Below are positions 7,954 to 19,113 of a stretch of 64,000 nucleotides of DNA, piece by piece. The number at the start of each line of letters is the position of its first letter. The stretch's first letter is position 1. Source of the DNA: Candidatus Adlerbacteria bacterium (GTDB lineage: Bacteria > Patescibacteriota > Minisyncoccia > Phycocordibacterales > SBAW01); contig DAIDHJ010000001.1 of NCBI GenBank assembly GCA_027451965.1, positions 251,276 through 315,275 of the forward strand, given 5' to 3'. The translations under genes and the position numbers were made by a program. The notes under the pieces were generated by a model that was given only the letters and a program-made list of their open reading frames with translations, was not told where the DNA came from and made no database searches.

Positions 7954-9705
7954 TTAGTACTGTTTGTTTGCATGTGGTGCAAAAATGGGCCACACGTGAT
8001 CGGTCAGGCGATACCATCCTGCTACGCTGAGGAATCGATCACTCGGCATTTCAATGCTGCCAAGTTGTAGCCCTTGCACGTCGTTGGGTACACTATACAC
8101 GAAATCGGGCGTATAGAGAAATAGGGCGGGGATATCGTTCTGCAATTGTGTTTGTAGCTGCTGCTCCAGTTGCAGTTGTATTTGCAGATCACTGGTCTGT
8201 CGCAATTGCGTAAGAATCTTATCCGCAGTCGGATTTGCATACATGGCTATGTTGAGTCCGGGATCATTGCGTTCCGTCGAACTCCAATAGGCGTAGAGAT
8301 CCGGTTCGCGTCCGATGATTTCTCCAAAAAGCAGCGCATCATATGCACGCGGTCGAATCACGTTTTGAGCAAGGTCTCCCTGATTGAACACTTGTACTGA
8401 CACCTGGGCACCTAGCGTACTCCAGGTACTGCTCAAATACTGTGCGGCAGCGCGCAATTCAGGCGTATCTCCTGTTGCCAGTGAGAAGGAGAGCGTTTGT
8501 GTTTTTGCATGTTTTCCAGAACCGCTGGTTTTTTGCAGTATGCCGTTCGGACCCGGTTGCCATCCGTCTTTCGCAAGGAGTGTCTGAGCGGCGGCAAGGG
8601 TAGTCGTGGAGAAGGTACTGGTATCTACATCGCTTGGCAGCGGACCGTTAATCGCCACTCCATATCCTTTCAAGACCTGTGTTATCAAATCTTTTTTGTT
8701 AATGACCATAGAAAGTGCTTCGCGTACCGTTTTGTCTTGGAGTACCGGCGCATGTGCTTGATTGAAAAATACTCCGTAGATGCGGTTGAGTGGTGCGGAT
8801 ACCACGGGCGCATTGCCGATTTTCGAAAGATTTTCAGGAGAAAGCCCTCCGGCAGCATTGATGGCGCCGGTGCGCAGCGCCGCTTCGACCGCGGATTCGC
8901 TTGGATAGAAAGAGAAGGTGATAGAAGAGAGATATGGCCGTCCAAGTGCATAGTAATTGGACGCGCTGAGTGTATATGCCGTTGGTACGCCATCAGCACC
9001 GCGGCTGATGCTGCTCACGGTAAACGGTCCTGAACCGATTGGATTAATGTTGAGAGTGCTGAAAGGAAAATCTTGATCGCTCACATTCGCCCATAGGTGT
9101 TCCGGCAGAATACCCATGGTGAGGTTGTCGATGAACGGTGCGTATGGCTGTTTGAGAGTGAACTGCACGGTTCGCTCGTCTATTTTCTGCACTGTGACAC
9201 CGGCCCAGTTTGCCTGCAATGGACTTTTGAGCGCCGAATCCTGTGTTTTTTGAATAGTGAATATGACATCGTCGGCAGTAACCGGGGTGCCATCGCTGAA
9301 GACATCGTTGGGACGCAGCGTTACGGTATAGGTAAGACCGTCAGGAGAAACGGTGTACGACTGCGCCAGGTCGGGAACATACGTACCGCTTGGTGTGGCG
9401 CGCAGCAATCCTGAGTAAACCAAGGAGGTCAAATCATGATCAGAATCTGAGATGGCGAGCACGGGATTGATAAACCGTGGCGCGCCGATCACTCCTTCTG
9501 TCAGAGAGCTGCCGTATGCAGGAATGGTCACCAAGGTTGCCTGATCGGCAAAGTAGAGCAGAAGTAGAGAACTGAGAATGCATAGTCCTGCAAAGACACC
9601 AAACAGAAAACGGCCGCCGAGCGAAAAGGATCGGAGAGTGTCTTCTACAACACTAGTAAAAAAGAGATGAATCGGCCGATAGACCGTGCGCCAAAGATTA
9701 CGCAT
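7954..9705 (-). CDS. ABC transporter substrate-binding protein, family 5 (oligopeptide/nickel type), membrane-anchored
   Basis: N-terminal TM anchor, then an SBP_bac_5-like region (PDLAQSYTVSPDGLTYTVTLRPNDVFSDGTPVTADDV). About 580 aa, typical of OppA/DppA-like proteins. Confidence 0.7.
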   Translation of the reverse strand: MRNLWRTVYRPIHLFFTSVVEDTLRSFSLGGRFLFGVFAGLCILSSLLLLYFADQATLVTIPAYGSSLTEGVIGAPRFINPVLAISDSDHDLTSLVYSGLLRATPSGTYVPDLAQSYTVSPDGLTYTVTLRPNDVFSDGTPVTADDVIFTIQKTQDSALKSPLQANWAGVTVQKIDERTVQFTLKQPYAPFIDNLTMGILPEHLWANVSDQDFPFSTLNINPIGSGPFTVSSISRGADGVPTAYTLSASNYYALGRPYLSSITFSFYPSESAVEAALRTGAINAAGGLSPENLSKIGNAPVVSAPLNRIYGVFFNQAHAPVLQDKTVREALSMVINKKDLITQVLKGYGVAINGPLPSDVDTSTFSTTTLAAAQTLLAKDGWQPGPNGILQKTSGSGKHAKTQTLSFSLATGDTPELRAAAQYLSSTWSTLGAQVSVQVFNQGDLAQNVIRPRAYDALLFGEIIGREPDLYAYWSSTERNDPGLNIAMYANPTADKILTQLRQTSDLQIQLQLEQQLQTQLQNDIPALFLYTPDFVYSVPNDVQGLQLGSIEMPSDRFLSVAGWYRLTDHVWPIFAPHANKQY

Positions 9706-9723
9706 GTACAGAGAGTATGAAGG

Positions 9724-9954
9724 TTAGTGGATGATGAGCGCTACGAATGATGACGCAGCGAAGAGTACTCCCACCACGATGGTGGCGTATAGGAGCTGTT
9801 TCTCAAGTCCGCGACGAGTATGGTATGCCGCGCTGAAGTTGTCTCCGCCGAGCGCGCCGCCGAGCGATGCTCCCGTCTGTTGCAGCAGCACGCAGACGAT
9901 GAGTATCACGGCTAGCACTACTTGTATGTACGGGAGTATCCCGCCCAAGGTCAT
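9724..9954 (-). CDS. secG: preprotein translocase subunit SecG
   Basis: 76 aa with two TM helices and the SecG signature LLQQTGASLGGALGG...RRGLEK. Confidence 0.7.
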   Translation of the reverse strand: MTLGGILPYIQVVLAVILIVCVLLQQTGASLGGALGGDNFSAAYHTRRGLEKQLLYATIVVGVLFAASSFVALIIH

Positions 9955-9987
9955 TGCCGGTTACTTTAGCATAGGACAGACTCCAGT

Positions 9988-10020
9988 GCAAAAGAGAAAG
10001 GGCGCCTCATCGAGGCGCCC
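9988..10020 (-). terminator. terminator-like hairpin upstream of secG (minus strand)
   Basis: gggcgcctc / gaggcgccc with an atc loop. On the minus strand it is followed by tttctctttt. No convincing gene lies upstream of it on the minus strand. Confidence 0.45.
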
Positions 10021-10352
10021 GAAGGGTGTTGAGCAGGAGACTGTGCAAGACAGGATTCCTGCAAATGCTGTCAGTAGATGAAAAATCGCTTATTTGCGGG
10101 TGAGGGACGAATGCTGCACGCGCGTGTCCTTTCCGGCACTGTGCTGCATGGTGTTTTGGTTGCGGTGTTCCTCGCGCACGCTGCTCGTCTGCGGCGTCTT
10201 CTCGGCGTTCATCTATTGTTTTGTCTCCCAATGTAAAGAACGAAAAAGCACCCTCGAGTCGTCTGAGCCGAAAAACAGGTTCCTCAGAGAGGAACCATCT
10301 CAAACGATCGAGAATGCTCTGAAAAGATACCTTTCTACATTTTTTCTGTCAA

Positions 10353-10363
10353 CTTGGTATAGT
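10353..10363 (+). promoter_or_regulatory. extended -10 promoter element (TGgTATAGT)
   Basis: ttggtatagt lies about 43 nt upstream of the ATG at 10406. A GGAGG RBS sits at 10393-10397. Confidence 0.3.
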
Positions 10364-10405
10364 GCCTCACAGACGTTTCATCTACAGCAGAAGGAGGTTT
10401 GCTCA

Positions 10406-11302
10406 ATGAAGTCCCTACATCCCGATTTATCGGCGGTTTCATCCGCTTCTGCTGCGGAACAGATGCGGCAATGCGGATATCTCGAAGTTCCGATCAATGG
10501 AAAAAATCTGTGCTTTCACAAAAACCGGGCGCTCAGCCAATTCAGTCAACTTATTGCTGACCCGGAGCGCGACAAGTTTATCTATCGAGGAACCGATGAA
10601 GACTACGACATTGGCTTCTATGATCGAAATGGGGAAGCAAAAGAAACACTCACGCCGCAGGAACAGGCTGAACATCGCAATCAGTATGATCGGAAAGAAT
10701 ACTTCCATGCTGATGCGGACACATATCAGCTGCTTAAACGGCAGGGCGCTCCCGTGGAGCGCTACCCCGGACTGTTTCAAGCATGTCGGCAGTTCAACAT
10801 CCAAGCATCCAGTATCGCCAAAGTACTTGCCCAAACGCTGGATCACGGTTCAGACGGAGCCTATCCCGGTTCATTCCGTCAGAAGATTGAAGATCCGCGC
10901 AGCCGGGTGGTAACGCGTATCATGCGGTATAAGCCGCAAGAAGAAGGAGTCTTCATTGCGGCACTGCACCGCGATAAGGCAGCAGTGACTGTGCATTGGT
11001 TTTCGACACACGCGGGACTCGTCTTTTATGATGCACAGGCGCAACCAGTGGTGCTTCAGGACACTGATCCAAACACCGCGCTCGTGTTTCTGGGAAGAAA
11101 GGCGTGGGCGGCGATGCGCGGCACATACGGGAAGGGAAGTGTGCATGGCGCCCACAATGCCGTTGCCTTGCAGGGCAGAGAACATCGGTTTGTTATCGTG
11201 ACGTTCGTACACTGCTTCTTGGACGACGATGACAAAGCATGGGCTTCAGCACATGAAGGAGACATCAAGATTCGTGATGCTGAATTTCCTTCACTCAACT
11301 AA
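10406..11302 (+). CDS. 2OG-Fe(II) oxygenase superfamily protein (putative)
   Basis: HxD...H facial-triad candidates (ALHRDKAAVTVH ... SVHGAHN) and a downstream RFV. Strong GGAGG RBS 8 nt upstream of the ATG at 10406. The in-frame upstream stretch (10094-10405) is Cys-rich and lacks an RBS, so it was rejected as coding. Confidence 0.45.
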   Translation: MKSLHPDLSAVSSASAAEQMRQCGYLEVPINGKNLCFHKNRALSQFSQLIADPERDKFIYRGTDEDYDIGFYDRNGEAKETLTPQEQAEHRNQYDRKEYFHADADTYQLLKRQGAPVERYPGLFQACRQFNIQASSIAKVLAQTLDHGSDGAYPGSFRQKIEDPRSRVVTRIMRYKPQEEGVFIAALHRDKAAVTVHWFSTHAGLVFYDAQAQPVVLQDTDPNTALVFLGRKAWAAMRGTYGKGSVHGAHNAVALQGREHRFVIVTFVHCFLDDDDKAWASAHEGDIKIRDAEFPSLN

Positions 11303-11307
11303 TAATA

Positions 11308-11337
11308 AAAGCCTCTCCGTCATACGGAGAGGCTTTC
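11308..11337. terminator. bidirectional intrinsic terminator
   Basis: aaagcctctccg / cggagaggcttt with a tcata loop. Flanked by an A-tract (aataataaaa) and a T-tract (ctttta). It sits between convergent genes. Confidence 0.55.
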
Positions 11338-11339
11338 TT

Positions 11340-11603
11340 TTATCGTTGTTTTTGTTTGGGAGAAGTTCTACGGCTGCGCGTAGCGCGTGCTTGCTTGACG
11401 CGGGCAAAATCATCGAGCGCTTCTTGGAATTCAGTGAACGGTTTACCCGTACGCACCAGTTCCTGTTTTGCCCTTTCGCATTGTTCCTCAGTCAATTTGA
11501 TCGATGCTGTTTCTGTTCCTTGATACTGAAACAGTGCTTTTGTAGCGTCACGATCAAGTCCATGGTAGGTCATGGGTTCCGCACCTTTTATCAATCTGCC
11601 CAT
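11340..11603 (-). CDS. hypothetical small protein (87 aa) with basic C-terminal tail
   Basis: ATG at 11603 has a perfect AAGGAG RBS. MGRLIKGAEPMTYHGLDRD...RATRSRRTSPKQKQR. The longer ORF-track version (to 11846) overlaps the neighbouring + gene and lacks an RBS. Confidence 0.45.
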   Translation of the reverse strand: MGRLIKGAEPMTYHGLDRDATKALFQYQGTETASIKLTEEQCERAKQELVRTGKPFTEFQEALDDFARVKQARATRSRRTSPKQKQR

Positions 11604-11735
11604 TGCTTTCTCCTTCAGAAAGAACGTTTCTTCATAATCCAACCATATGTTCTTCAAATAACAAGGTAATGCTTGACTGCGTACGAAAAAAGCTTTATGT
11701 TTCTTTCTCATACGCTCTTTGTTGTAGGAGAAACG

Positions 11736-12146
11736 ATGCAGATTGATCTGGAGAAGCCTCTTATCTATGTCATCCATAACAGTCCGGAGGACAGCATTAT
11801 CGGTCATGTGTCTTCTGTGCCGCAGCGATGCAAGCAGAAAAAGCATTTTCGGCCCTTTCTCGCGCAGTTATGCAGCGAGAAACTGGGCATACCCATTCAT
11901 GACATCCACGTATCATTCCAAGAAGGCGGGGTGTTTGTAGAGCTTCGTGAGCTCTCCAATATTCGCATGCATCAGCTTCGGGATACTATCCATTACAAAG
12001 GACTCAAGGCGGCGCAACAGAATCCGCTTCTCGTGAACGCATCGCACTTTCCGGCATTTGTACTTCAGCTCAGTCGCAATCTCTCTGCCGTTCTCTCCGC
12101 AAAATTCCGCGGTATGGAAACTAATAGCATCATCAAGATCGCATAA
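11736..12146 (+). CDS. hypothetical protein (136 aa)
   Basis: AGGAG RBS 6 nt upstream of the ATG at 11736. Has its own terminator. No family recognised. Confidence 0.45.
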   Translation: MQIDLEKPLIYVIHNSPEDSIIGHVSSVPQRCKQKKHFRPFLAQLCSEKLGIPIHDIHVSFQEGGVFVELRELSNIRMHQLRDTIHYKGLKAAQQNPLLVNASHFPAFVLQLSRNLSAVLSAKFRGMETNSIIKIA

Positions 12147-12151
12147 ACAAC

Positions 12152-12181
12152 AAAACGGCACCTTCTGGTGCCGTTTTACTT
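12152..12181 (+). terminator. intrinsic terminator
   Basis: aaaacggcacc / ggtgccgtttt with a ttct loop, followed by a T-run. Confidence 0.55.
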
Positions 12182-12186
12182 TGACT

Positions 12187-12225
12187 ATAAAAAAAGAAAA
12201 AACCGCTTGATGATCGTCAAGCGGT
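12187..12225 (-). terminator. intrinsic terminator (minus strand) overlapping the stop of 12217..12615
   Basis: accgcttga / tcaagcggt with a 6-nt loop. On the minus strand it is followed by ttttttcttttttt. Confidence 0.5.
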
Positions 12226-12615
12226 ATTCATTATTACTCCCAATGCCTTCAACTTGGCGATCGAGTGTTCAGTTTTTTTCAAATAGTTCTGTTTATACGG
12301 CGGACGTATTTTCATTTCTTCCATATCTCTCTTATCCCTCTCGAAGTCCTCATCTGCGTCGTTGATAAGAACTGAAAGGTGACCCGTTTCCTCTTTGATG
12401 GGTTCAAAGTGCTCATCGAAGAATGTCACCGTTTCTCCAAGAGAGATTTTGCTGCATCGATACGGTTCATACCGTACGGCGGCATCGATACGAATTTTAT
12501 GCACTAGCACCCTCACATTTCCAGAAACGGGTGATTGTGTGACCATGATCCGATAAAAGTGCTCCACATCTTCAGCAATATAAAGATGGCCAAAGAATTG
12601 CACACCACTATCCAT
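12217..12615 (-). CDS. hypothetical protein (132 aa)
   Basis: ORF with its own terminator. Acidic C-terminal half. No family recognised. Confidence 0.45.
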   Translation of the reverse strand: MDSGVQFFGHLYIAEDVEHFYRIMVTQSPVSGNVRVLVHKIRIDAAVRYEPYRCSKISLGETVTFFDEHFEPIKEETGHLSVLINDADEDFERDKRDMEEMKIRPPYKQNYLKKTEHSIAKLKALGVIMNTA

Positions 12616-12712
12616 CCTCTTTCTCCTTCTTTTCGCCGAATTGTTCTTACAACACGATACAGTAATTTAGTCAATTAGTCAAGAAAACCATTGTAATAAA
12701 AGCTCTTTTTTC

Positions 12713-12742
12713 TTGACAATACCTTGTTTCATTCACTATACT
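12713..12742 (+). promoter_or_regulatory. sigma70-like promoter (TTGACA-N18-TATACT) upstream of groES
   Basis: Exact -35 and near-consensus -10 hexamers about 80 nt upstream of the groES start. Confidence 0.45.
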
Positions 12743-12824
12743 TTCCTCGAATCGTGTGCATTTCCTAGGGTTTTTGTAGCATTGCACAGCAATTATTGAA
12801 TAGTTAATTTGTCACTTTTTCACT

Positions 12825-14823
<1,999 letters not shown>

Positions 14824-14847
14824 GCCATTGTGCTATAGTTACACCCT

Positions 14848-15408
14848 ATGATTGCCCTCTATATAGCGCTCGGAGTTGTCGTCGTTCTGCTCTTGTGGCT
14901 CGCCAGCATGTACAACCACTTTGTGGTTCTGGTACAGCGCACCAAAGAAGCATGGGCGGATATCGACGTGCAGCTCAAGCGCCGCTACGACCTTATTCCT
15001 AATCTCGTCGAAACGGTAAAAGGATACGCCACGCACGAGCGGGAAGTGTTCGAGAACGTTTCGCAAGCGCGTGCTGCGGCTATGGGCGCTTCTGCACCCG
15101 CAGAAAAAGGCGCTGCAGAAAATCAGCTCTCGCAAGCGCTCAAGAGCATCTTTGCGGTTGCGGAAGCGTATCCGGAACTCAAAGCAAATCAGAACTTTCT
15201 AGAGCTTCAGAAGCAACTCGAAGATACGGAAAACAAAATCCAGGCGGCACGCCGTTTCTACAATGGCAATGTGCGCGATCTCAACACCGCGCTGCAAAGT
15301 TTTCCGGGCAATATGATCGCCGGTACGTTCCACTTCACCCAGCAGGAATTCTTCCAGCTTGATCAGGCGGATGCGGCTGCGCGTGAACCGGTGAAAGTAA
15401 GCTTTTAA
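14848..15408 (+). CDS. lemA: LemA family protein
   Basis: N-terminal TM helix and a LemA-type helical domain (QRTKEAWADIDVQLKRRYDLIPNLVETVKGYATHEREVFENV). Confidence 0.8.
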   Translation: MIALYIALGVVVVLLLWLASMYNHFVVLVQRTKEAWADIDVQLKRRYDLIPNLVETVKGYATHEREVFENVSQARAAAMGASAPAEKGAAENQLSQALKSIFAVAEAYPELKANQNFLELQKQLEDTENKIQAARRFYNGNVRDLNTALQSFPGNMIAGTFHFTQQEFFQLDQADAAAREPVKVSF

Positions 15409-15437
15409 ATAGTTTTTCCGTCTGTTCTATTGTCTGT

Positions 15438-16331
15438 ATGGCTACGCTCTATACGCATAAAGATGAAAATGTCGCCAAGACATGGGTGCTCATGGCTGTG
15501 TTTTTGTCTGTGGTCATAGCCATTGGCTGGGCGATATCCTGGTACTACAACAATCCCGTCATTTTGGTGTTTGCAGTTGCGTTTGCGCTTCTCACCAATA
15601 TCTGGAGCTATTGGAATTCTGACAAGGTGGTCATAGCGCTCTCCGGCGCCCGTCCGGCAGACAAGGCGCAGTATGAAGAGTTGCATCAGGTAGTAGAGAA
15701 TCTGGCAATCACCGCGGGCCTTCCCAAACCGAATATCTATATCATCAACGATCCGGCGCCCAACGCCTTTGCGACCGGCCGAGACGCGAAACACTCTGCA
15801 GTCGCAGTGACCAGCGGGTTGCTTTCCATGATGAATCGCAATGAATTGGAAGGAGTGATTGCGCACGAACTCTCGCACGTCGGCAACCGGGATATTCTCA
15901 TTTCCACCATCGCAGTGGTATTGGTCGGATTCGTGTCGCTTGCATCGAACTTTTTCCTGCGCTCCTTGTGGTGGGGAGGGGACGGGGATCGCAATGAAGG
16001 AGGCAATCCGTTGCTGGCGATTCTTGCGATTGCGTTTGTGGTGCTTGCGCCTATCTTTGCCATGCTGCTGCAATTGGCGGTATCGCGCAAGCGTGAGTTT
16101 CTCGCCGATGCGTCCGGAGCGCTGCTTACGCGCTACCCAGAAGGATTGGCGAGCGCGCTGCGTAAGATTGGTGCATATGAACGCCCGATGCAGAAAGCAA
16201 ACACGGCAACCGCGCATTTGTATATTTCCAATCCCTTCGGACCGGGTGCCGCCCGCAGCTTCATCATGCGTTTATTCTCCACACATCCGCCAATTGAAGA
16301 GCGCATCAAAGCTCTTATGGGGAATGACTAG
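15438..16331 (+). CDS. htpX: zinc metalloprotease HtpX (M48 family)
   Basis: HELSHV zinc-binding motif, multiple TM segments and a C-terminal EERIKAL. Forms the conserved lemA-htpX pair. Confidence 0.85.
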   Translation: MATLYTHKDENVAKTWVLMAVFLSVVIAIGWAISWYYNNPVILVFAVAFALLTNIWSYWNSDKVVIALSGARPADKAQYEELHQVVENLAITAGLPKPNIYIINDPAPNAFATGRDAKHSAVAVTSGLLSMMNRNELEGVIAHELSHVGNRDILISTIAVVLVGFVSLASNFFLRSLWWGGDGDRNEGGNPLLAILAIAFVVLAPIFAMLLQLAVSRKREFLADASGALLTRYPEGLASALRKIGAYERPMQKANTATAHLYISNPFGPGAARSFIMRLFSTHPPIEERIKALMGND

Positions 16332-16358
16332 CTTTTTTGTGTTATATTCGTTTCGTTA

Positions 16359-16443
16359 GGAGGCGTCGCATAGCGGTCTAGTGCACACGCTTGGAAAGCG
16401 TGCAGGGGGCAACCTCTCGCGAGTTCGAATCTCGCCGCCTCCG
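16359..16443 (+). tRNA. tRNA-Ser (GGA)
   Basis: Acceptor stem GGAGGCG/CGCCTCC, 3-bp D-stem, anticodon arm CACGC-TTGGAAA-GCGTG, long variable arm, T-arm GCGAG-TTCGAAT-CTCGC. 85 nt. Confidence 0.8.
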
Positions 16444-16538
16444 CCCGAAGACTTTTGTATCGGACAGACCTGAGAGCTCTTGTTTTGTTAATCTCTAGAA
16501 AAGTGCCATAATCATGGCGTCTTTCCCTTTCCCAGTAT

Positions 16539-16727
16539 ATGGACAACGATGCATTTAAAAATCCTACAGACGCCGCTTTTGAGGAGTTGGTTCGACTGTT
16601 AGAGATGGACGAGGAATTGAACTCGGTCAAGGAGGCTATTTCTGCCGATATTCGTGCGGAGAATCCCGAATCTCTCGAAAATCTTAAACGGGCTCTTGTG
16701 TCGGATAATGAAAATCACAAACCTTAA
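16539..16727 (+). CDS. small acidic hypothetical protein (62 aa)
   Basis: ORF immediately upstream of, and overlapping by 20 nt, the ATPase start at 16708. Highly acidic (DEELNSVKEAISADIRAENPESLENL). No SD. Could be a spurious leader ORF. Confidence 0.3.
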   Translation: MDNDAFKNPTDAAFEELVRLLEMDEELNSVKEAISADIRAENPESLENLKRALVSDNENHKP

Positions 16728-19113
16728 AATCAGCAGCGTTCGAGGGATTCCGCGCTCTTGGCCCGACCTCGCCGTCAACGACAGAGGATTGATTATTTTC
16801 GGACCGAATGGTGTCGGCAAAAGTTCTATTGTTGATTCTTTTGAATATGTTTTGACGCAGAAATCGACTTTGTTCCCCGCAGATCGTCTCGGAGTATCGT
16901 GGGAGACTGCCTCTCCTCATGTGAATGACGGAGATGGGCACATCGTTTTGCAGTTGCGGGAAGGTGGGACTGAATATGAGATAGACACGCAAAACAACAA
17001 TCCCTCTTACTCTGCATCTGTAACTGCATGGCTTGAAGCGGCAGCTAAATCAAATTTCGTGCTTCGACGGCATATGTTGCTCAGATTTATCAGTGAAGCA
17101 CCACGCAATCGATACGAGCTATTAGCCCCGTTTTGCAATCTCGGATCTTTCCAGTCTTTTGAAAGATCCCTTAAGACATGGTCGGACAACTTAGATGCGG
17201 AGCTCGCAGCGGAGACCCAGGCGATGGGTGCCAGAGAACAGCGATTTAGGCAAATCTTCAAAATATCGACGAGCGTCTCGCCGGATGAGAAGAGCTTGCA
17301 TGCTGAGCTCAATGCCACTCTTGCGAAGCTTCAGTTATCATCTTGCGATACCCCAGATGATCTCAAGAATAGACAAAAAGAAATCTCAGACGCATTAGGT
17401 GGCAGCGACCGCGCGGGACGTTTGGCCGCTTTGGGCGGCTTAAAAAACGAGATACAGCGGCTCGGTCGTCTGGAAGACCACACTCCTGCCTTAAGTGCAC
17501 TGAGATCCTCGCTTCAAGAGCTTGAGAAAGAAATGGCTGAGCGAAAGCAGGATGTGCTTGTTGATCTTCTTGCCGAGGGCAAAAGAGCCATCGAGTCAGC
17601 AGGGCTCACGTCTTGCCCTCTATGCGAACAGTCTATCGACCAAACCGCAGTCCTTGCCAGAATTGAGGAGCGAATAAAGTCCGATGAGCACATAACCGCA
17701 TTATTGGAGACAGTTGCCACTCGCCGTCGAGCGTTAATGCGCCCTTTGTCTGATCTTTCAAACGCTGCAGCTTCCGTGAAAAAGAGTTGGGAGACCCAGA
17801 TGACTGACCCTTTCCCGGAAGAATATTCAAAAGCAAACAACCGGATTAAAGATATGCTCGCTCTAGTTGAGGACAAGGAATCTACAAGTGCTCAATTTGA
17901 CGATGCTATCGCGCAATCTGCGGCATTGGTAACCAGCCATGAAAAGATTGCGGAAATGGTGGGACAACTCATTAATGCGGAAGGAGGAGGTGAGCGGCGA
18001 GGATTTTTTCAGGATGCTTCCCTCCAGATCGAAACTTTATTGAGCGAGTGGCCGGTTCAGGTTCTTGCGTTGAAGTCCCAGCAAATCCTCCAAGCGCGTA
18101 AGAAAATTGTGGACCGAGTTTACGCGCACGCTATCGAAGCTCGCAAATCGACTGTCCAAACCACGTTTAATTCTGTTTCTGGTACCGCCAATAAGTTTTA
18201 TGAGGCCATACACCCCAGCGAGAATATCGCCACTTCCAAACTCTCCGTGCGACAGGTAGGCCAGGGGTCGGTAAACCTCACAACCGAATTTTATGGAAGC
18301 GAGGAAAATCCTTTGTTGCATTTCAGTGAATCGCATCTGGATACCCTAGGATTATCTTACTTTCTTGCGCTACGGAAACATGAGTCGCAGAATGATCCAC
18401 TTTTTAAAGTCCTCATACTGGATGATGTTATGCATTCGGTGGACGCGGATCATCGCTCTCGTGTCGCGGGGGTTATCAGAGACGAGTTTAGTGATCATCA
18501 AATAATTATCACTACGCACGACCAACACTTCTATGATGCTCTGCGACGCATTCTGGGCAATGGAGGCTTTAATTTTCAAGCTATTTCGGGGTGGGACATT
18601 ATGCGCGGCCCACTTATCGGTGATCCCTCCACTGATCTCGATCTTGTAACAGACGCAAGCAAGTACACAGATCATCGCGCTGAGGATTTATCCGCAGCGG
18701 GAGGGCGCTTCTTTGAGTGGCTGCTAAAGCAGTTGGACGAGCGCCTCCAAATCTTGGTACCTGCTCGCTTCGAGAAAAGACATGACATAGGAAACCTGTG
18801 GCCACCTCTCTGTTCTAAGCTTAAAGCGCATGTGGGATTTTCTAATGCGCATCCGACTATTGCTACTGACCTTGAGAATTCTACATGGGTCAGAAATGCC
18901 TGCGGTGCGCATGATAATGAAACATCCGCTAATGTAACTCTTGCGGAAGCGCGTGAATTTGTCACCGCGCTGAGTGCACTCTACAGTGCGTCACACTGTG
19001 ATGTGTGCGGAAAGCTAATCAATAAAAAAACAAATGGGGACTGGGAGTGCGAGTGCGGCACTTTGTCATTCAAATTTCGTCCGATTCAGACGTCGATTGT
19101 GATAACCCCCTGA
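16708..19113 (+). CDS. Rad50/SbcC-like ABC ATPase with zinc hook and C-terminal zinc-ribbon domain; RloC-family anticodon-nuclease candidate
   Basis: Walker A IIFGPNGVGKSS near the N-terminus and a roughly 500-aa helical/coiled-coil region with a central SCPLCEQ (CPxC hook-like) motif at nt 17614-17625. It also has a degenerate signature, Walker B VLILDD, an H-loop IIITTHD, and a 190-aa C-terminal extension with CDVCG...CEC. Alternative ATG at 16654 adds 18 aa. Confidence 0.6.
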   Translation: MKITNLKISSVRGIPRSWPDLAVNDRGLIIFGPNGVGKSSIVDSFEYVLTQKSTLFPADRLGVSWETASPHVNDGDGHIVLQLREGGTEYEIDTQNNNPSYSASVTAWLEAAAKSNFVLRRHMLLRFISEAPRNRYELLAPFCNLGSFQSFERSLKTWSDNLDAELAAETQAMGAREQRFRQIFKISTSVSPDEKSLHAELNATLAKLQLSSCDTPDDLKNRQKEISDALGGSDRAGRLAALGGLKNEIQRLGRLEDHTPALSALRSSLQELEKEMAERKQDVLVDLLAEGKRAIESAGLTSCPLCEQSIDQTAVLARIEERIKSDEHITALLETVATRRRALMRPLSDLSNAAASVKKSWETQMTDPFPEEYSKANNRIKDMLALVEDKESTSAQFDDAIAQSAALVTSHEKIAEMVGQLINAEGGGERRGFFQDASLQIETLLSEWPVQVLALKSQQILQARKKIVDRVYAHAIEARKSTVQTTFNSVSGTANKFYEAIHPSENIATSKLSVRQVGQGSVNLTTEFYGSEENPLLHFSESHLDTLGLSYFLALRKHESQNDPLFKVLILDDVMHSVDADHRSRVAGVIRDEFSDHQIIITTHDQHFYDALRRILGNGGFNFQAISGWDIMRGPLIGDPSTDLDLVTDASKYTDHRAEDLSAAGGRFFEWLLKQLDERLQILVPARFEKRHDIGNLWPPLCSKLKAHVGFSNAHPTIATDLENSTWVRNACGAHDNETSANVTLAEAREFVTALSALYSASHCDVCGKLINKKTNGDWECECGTLSFKFRPIQTSIVITP

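Noticed and set aside
10094-10405. Upstream in-frame extension of the 2OG-oxygenase-like ORF (MRVRDECCTRVSF...)
   Set aside because: Cys-rich, low-complexity and lacking an RBS, whereas a perfect GGAGG RBS and extended -10 promoter precede the ATG at 10406.
12616-12824. Search for a CIRCE element (TTAGCACTC-N9-GAGTGCTAA) upstream of groES
   Set aside because: No CIRCE-like inverted repeat was found by eye; only a sigma70-like promoter. HrcA control therefore cannot be asserted, and absence is not proven without a scan.
16328-16630. Minus-strand 100-aa ORF
   Set aside because: Runs antisense through tRNA-Ser(GGA) and the intergenic region. No RBS. Taken as spurious.
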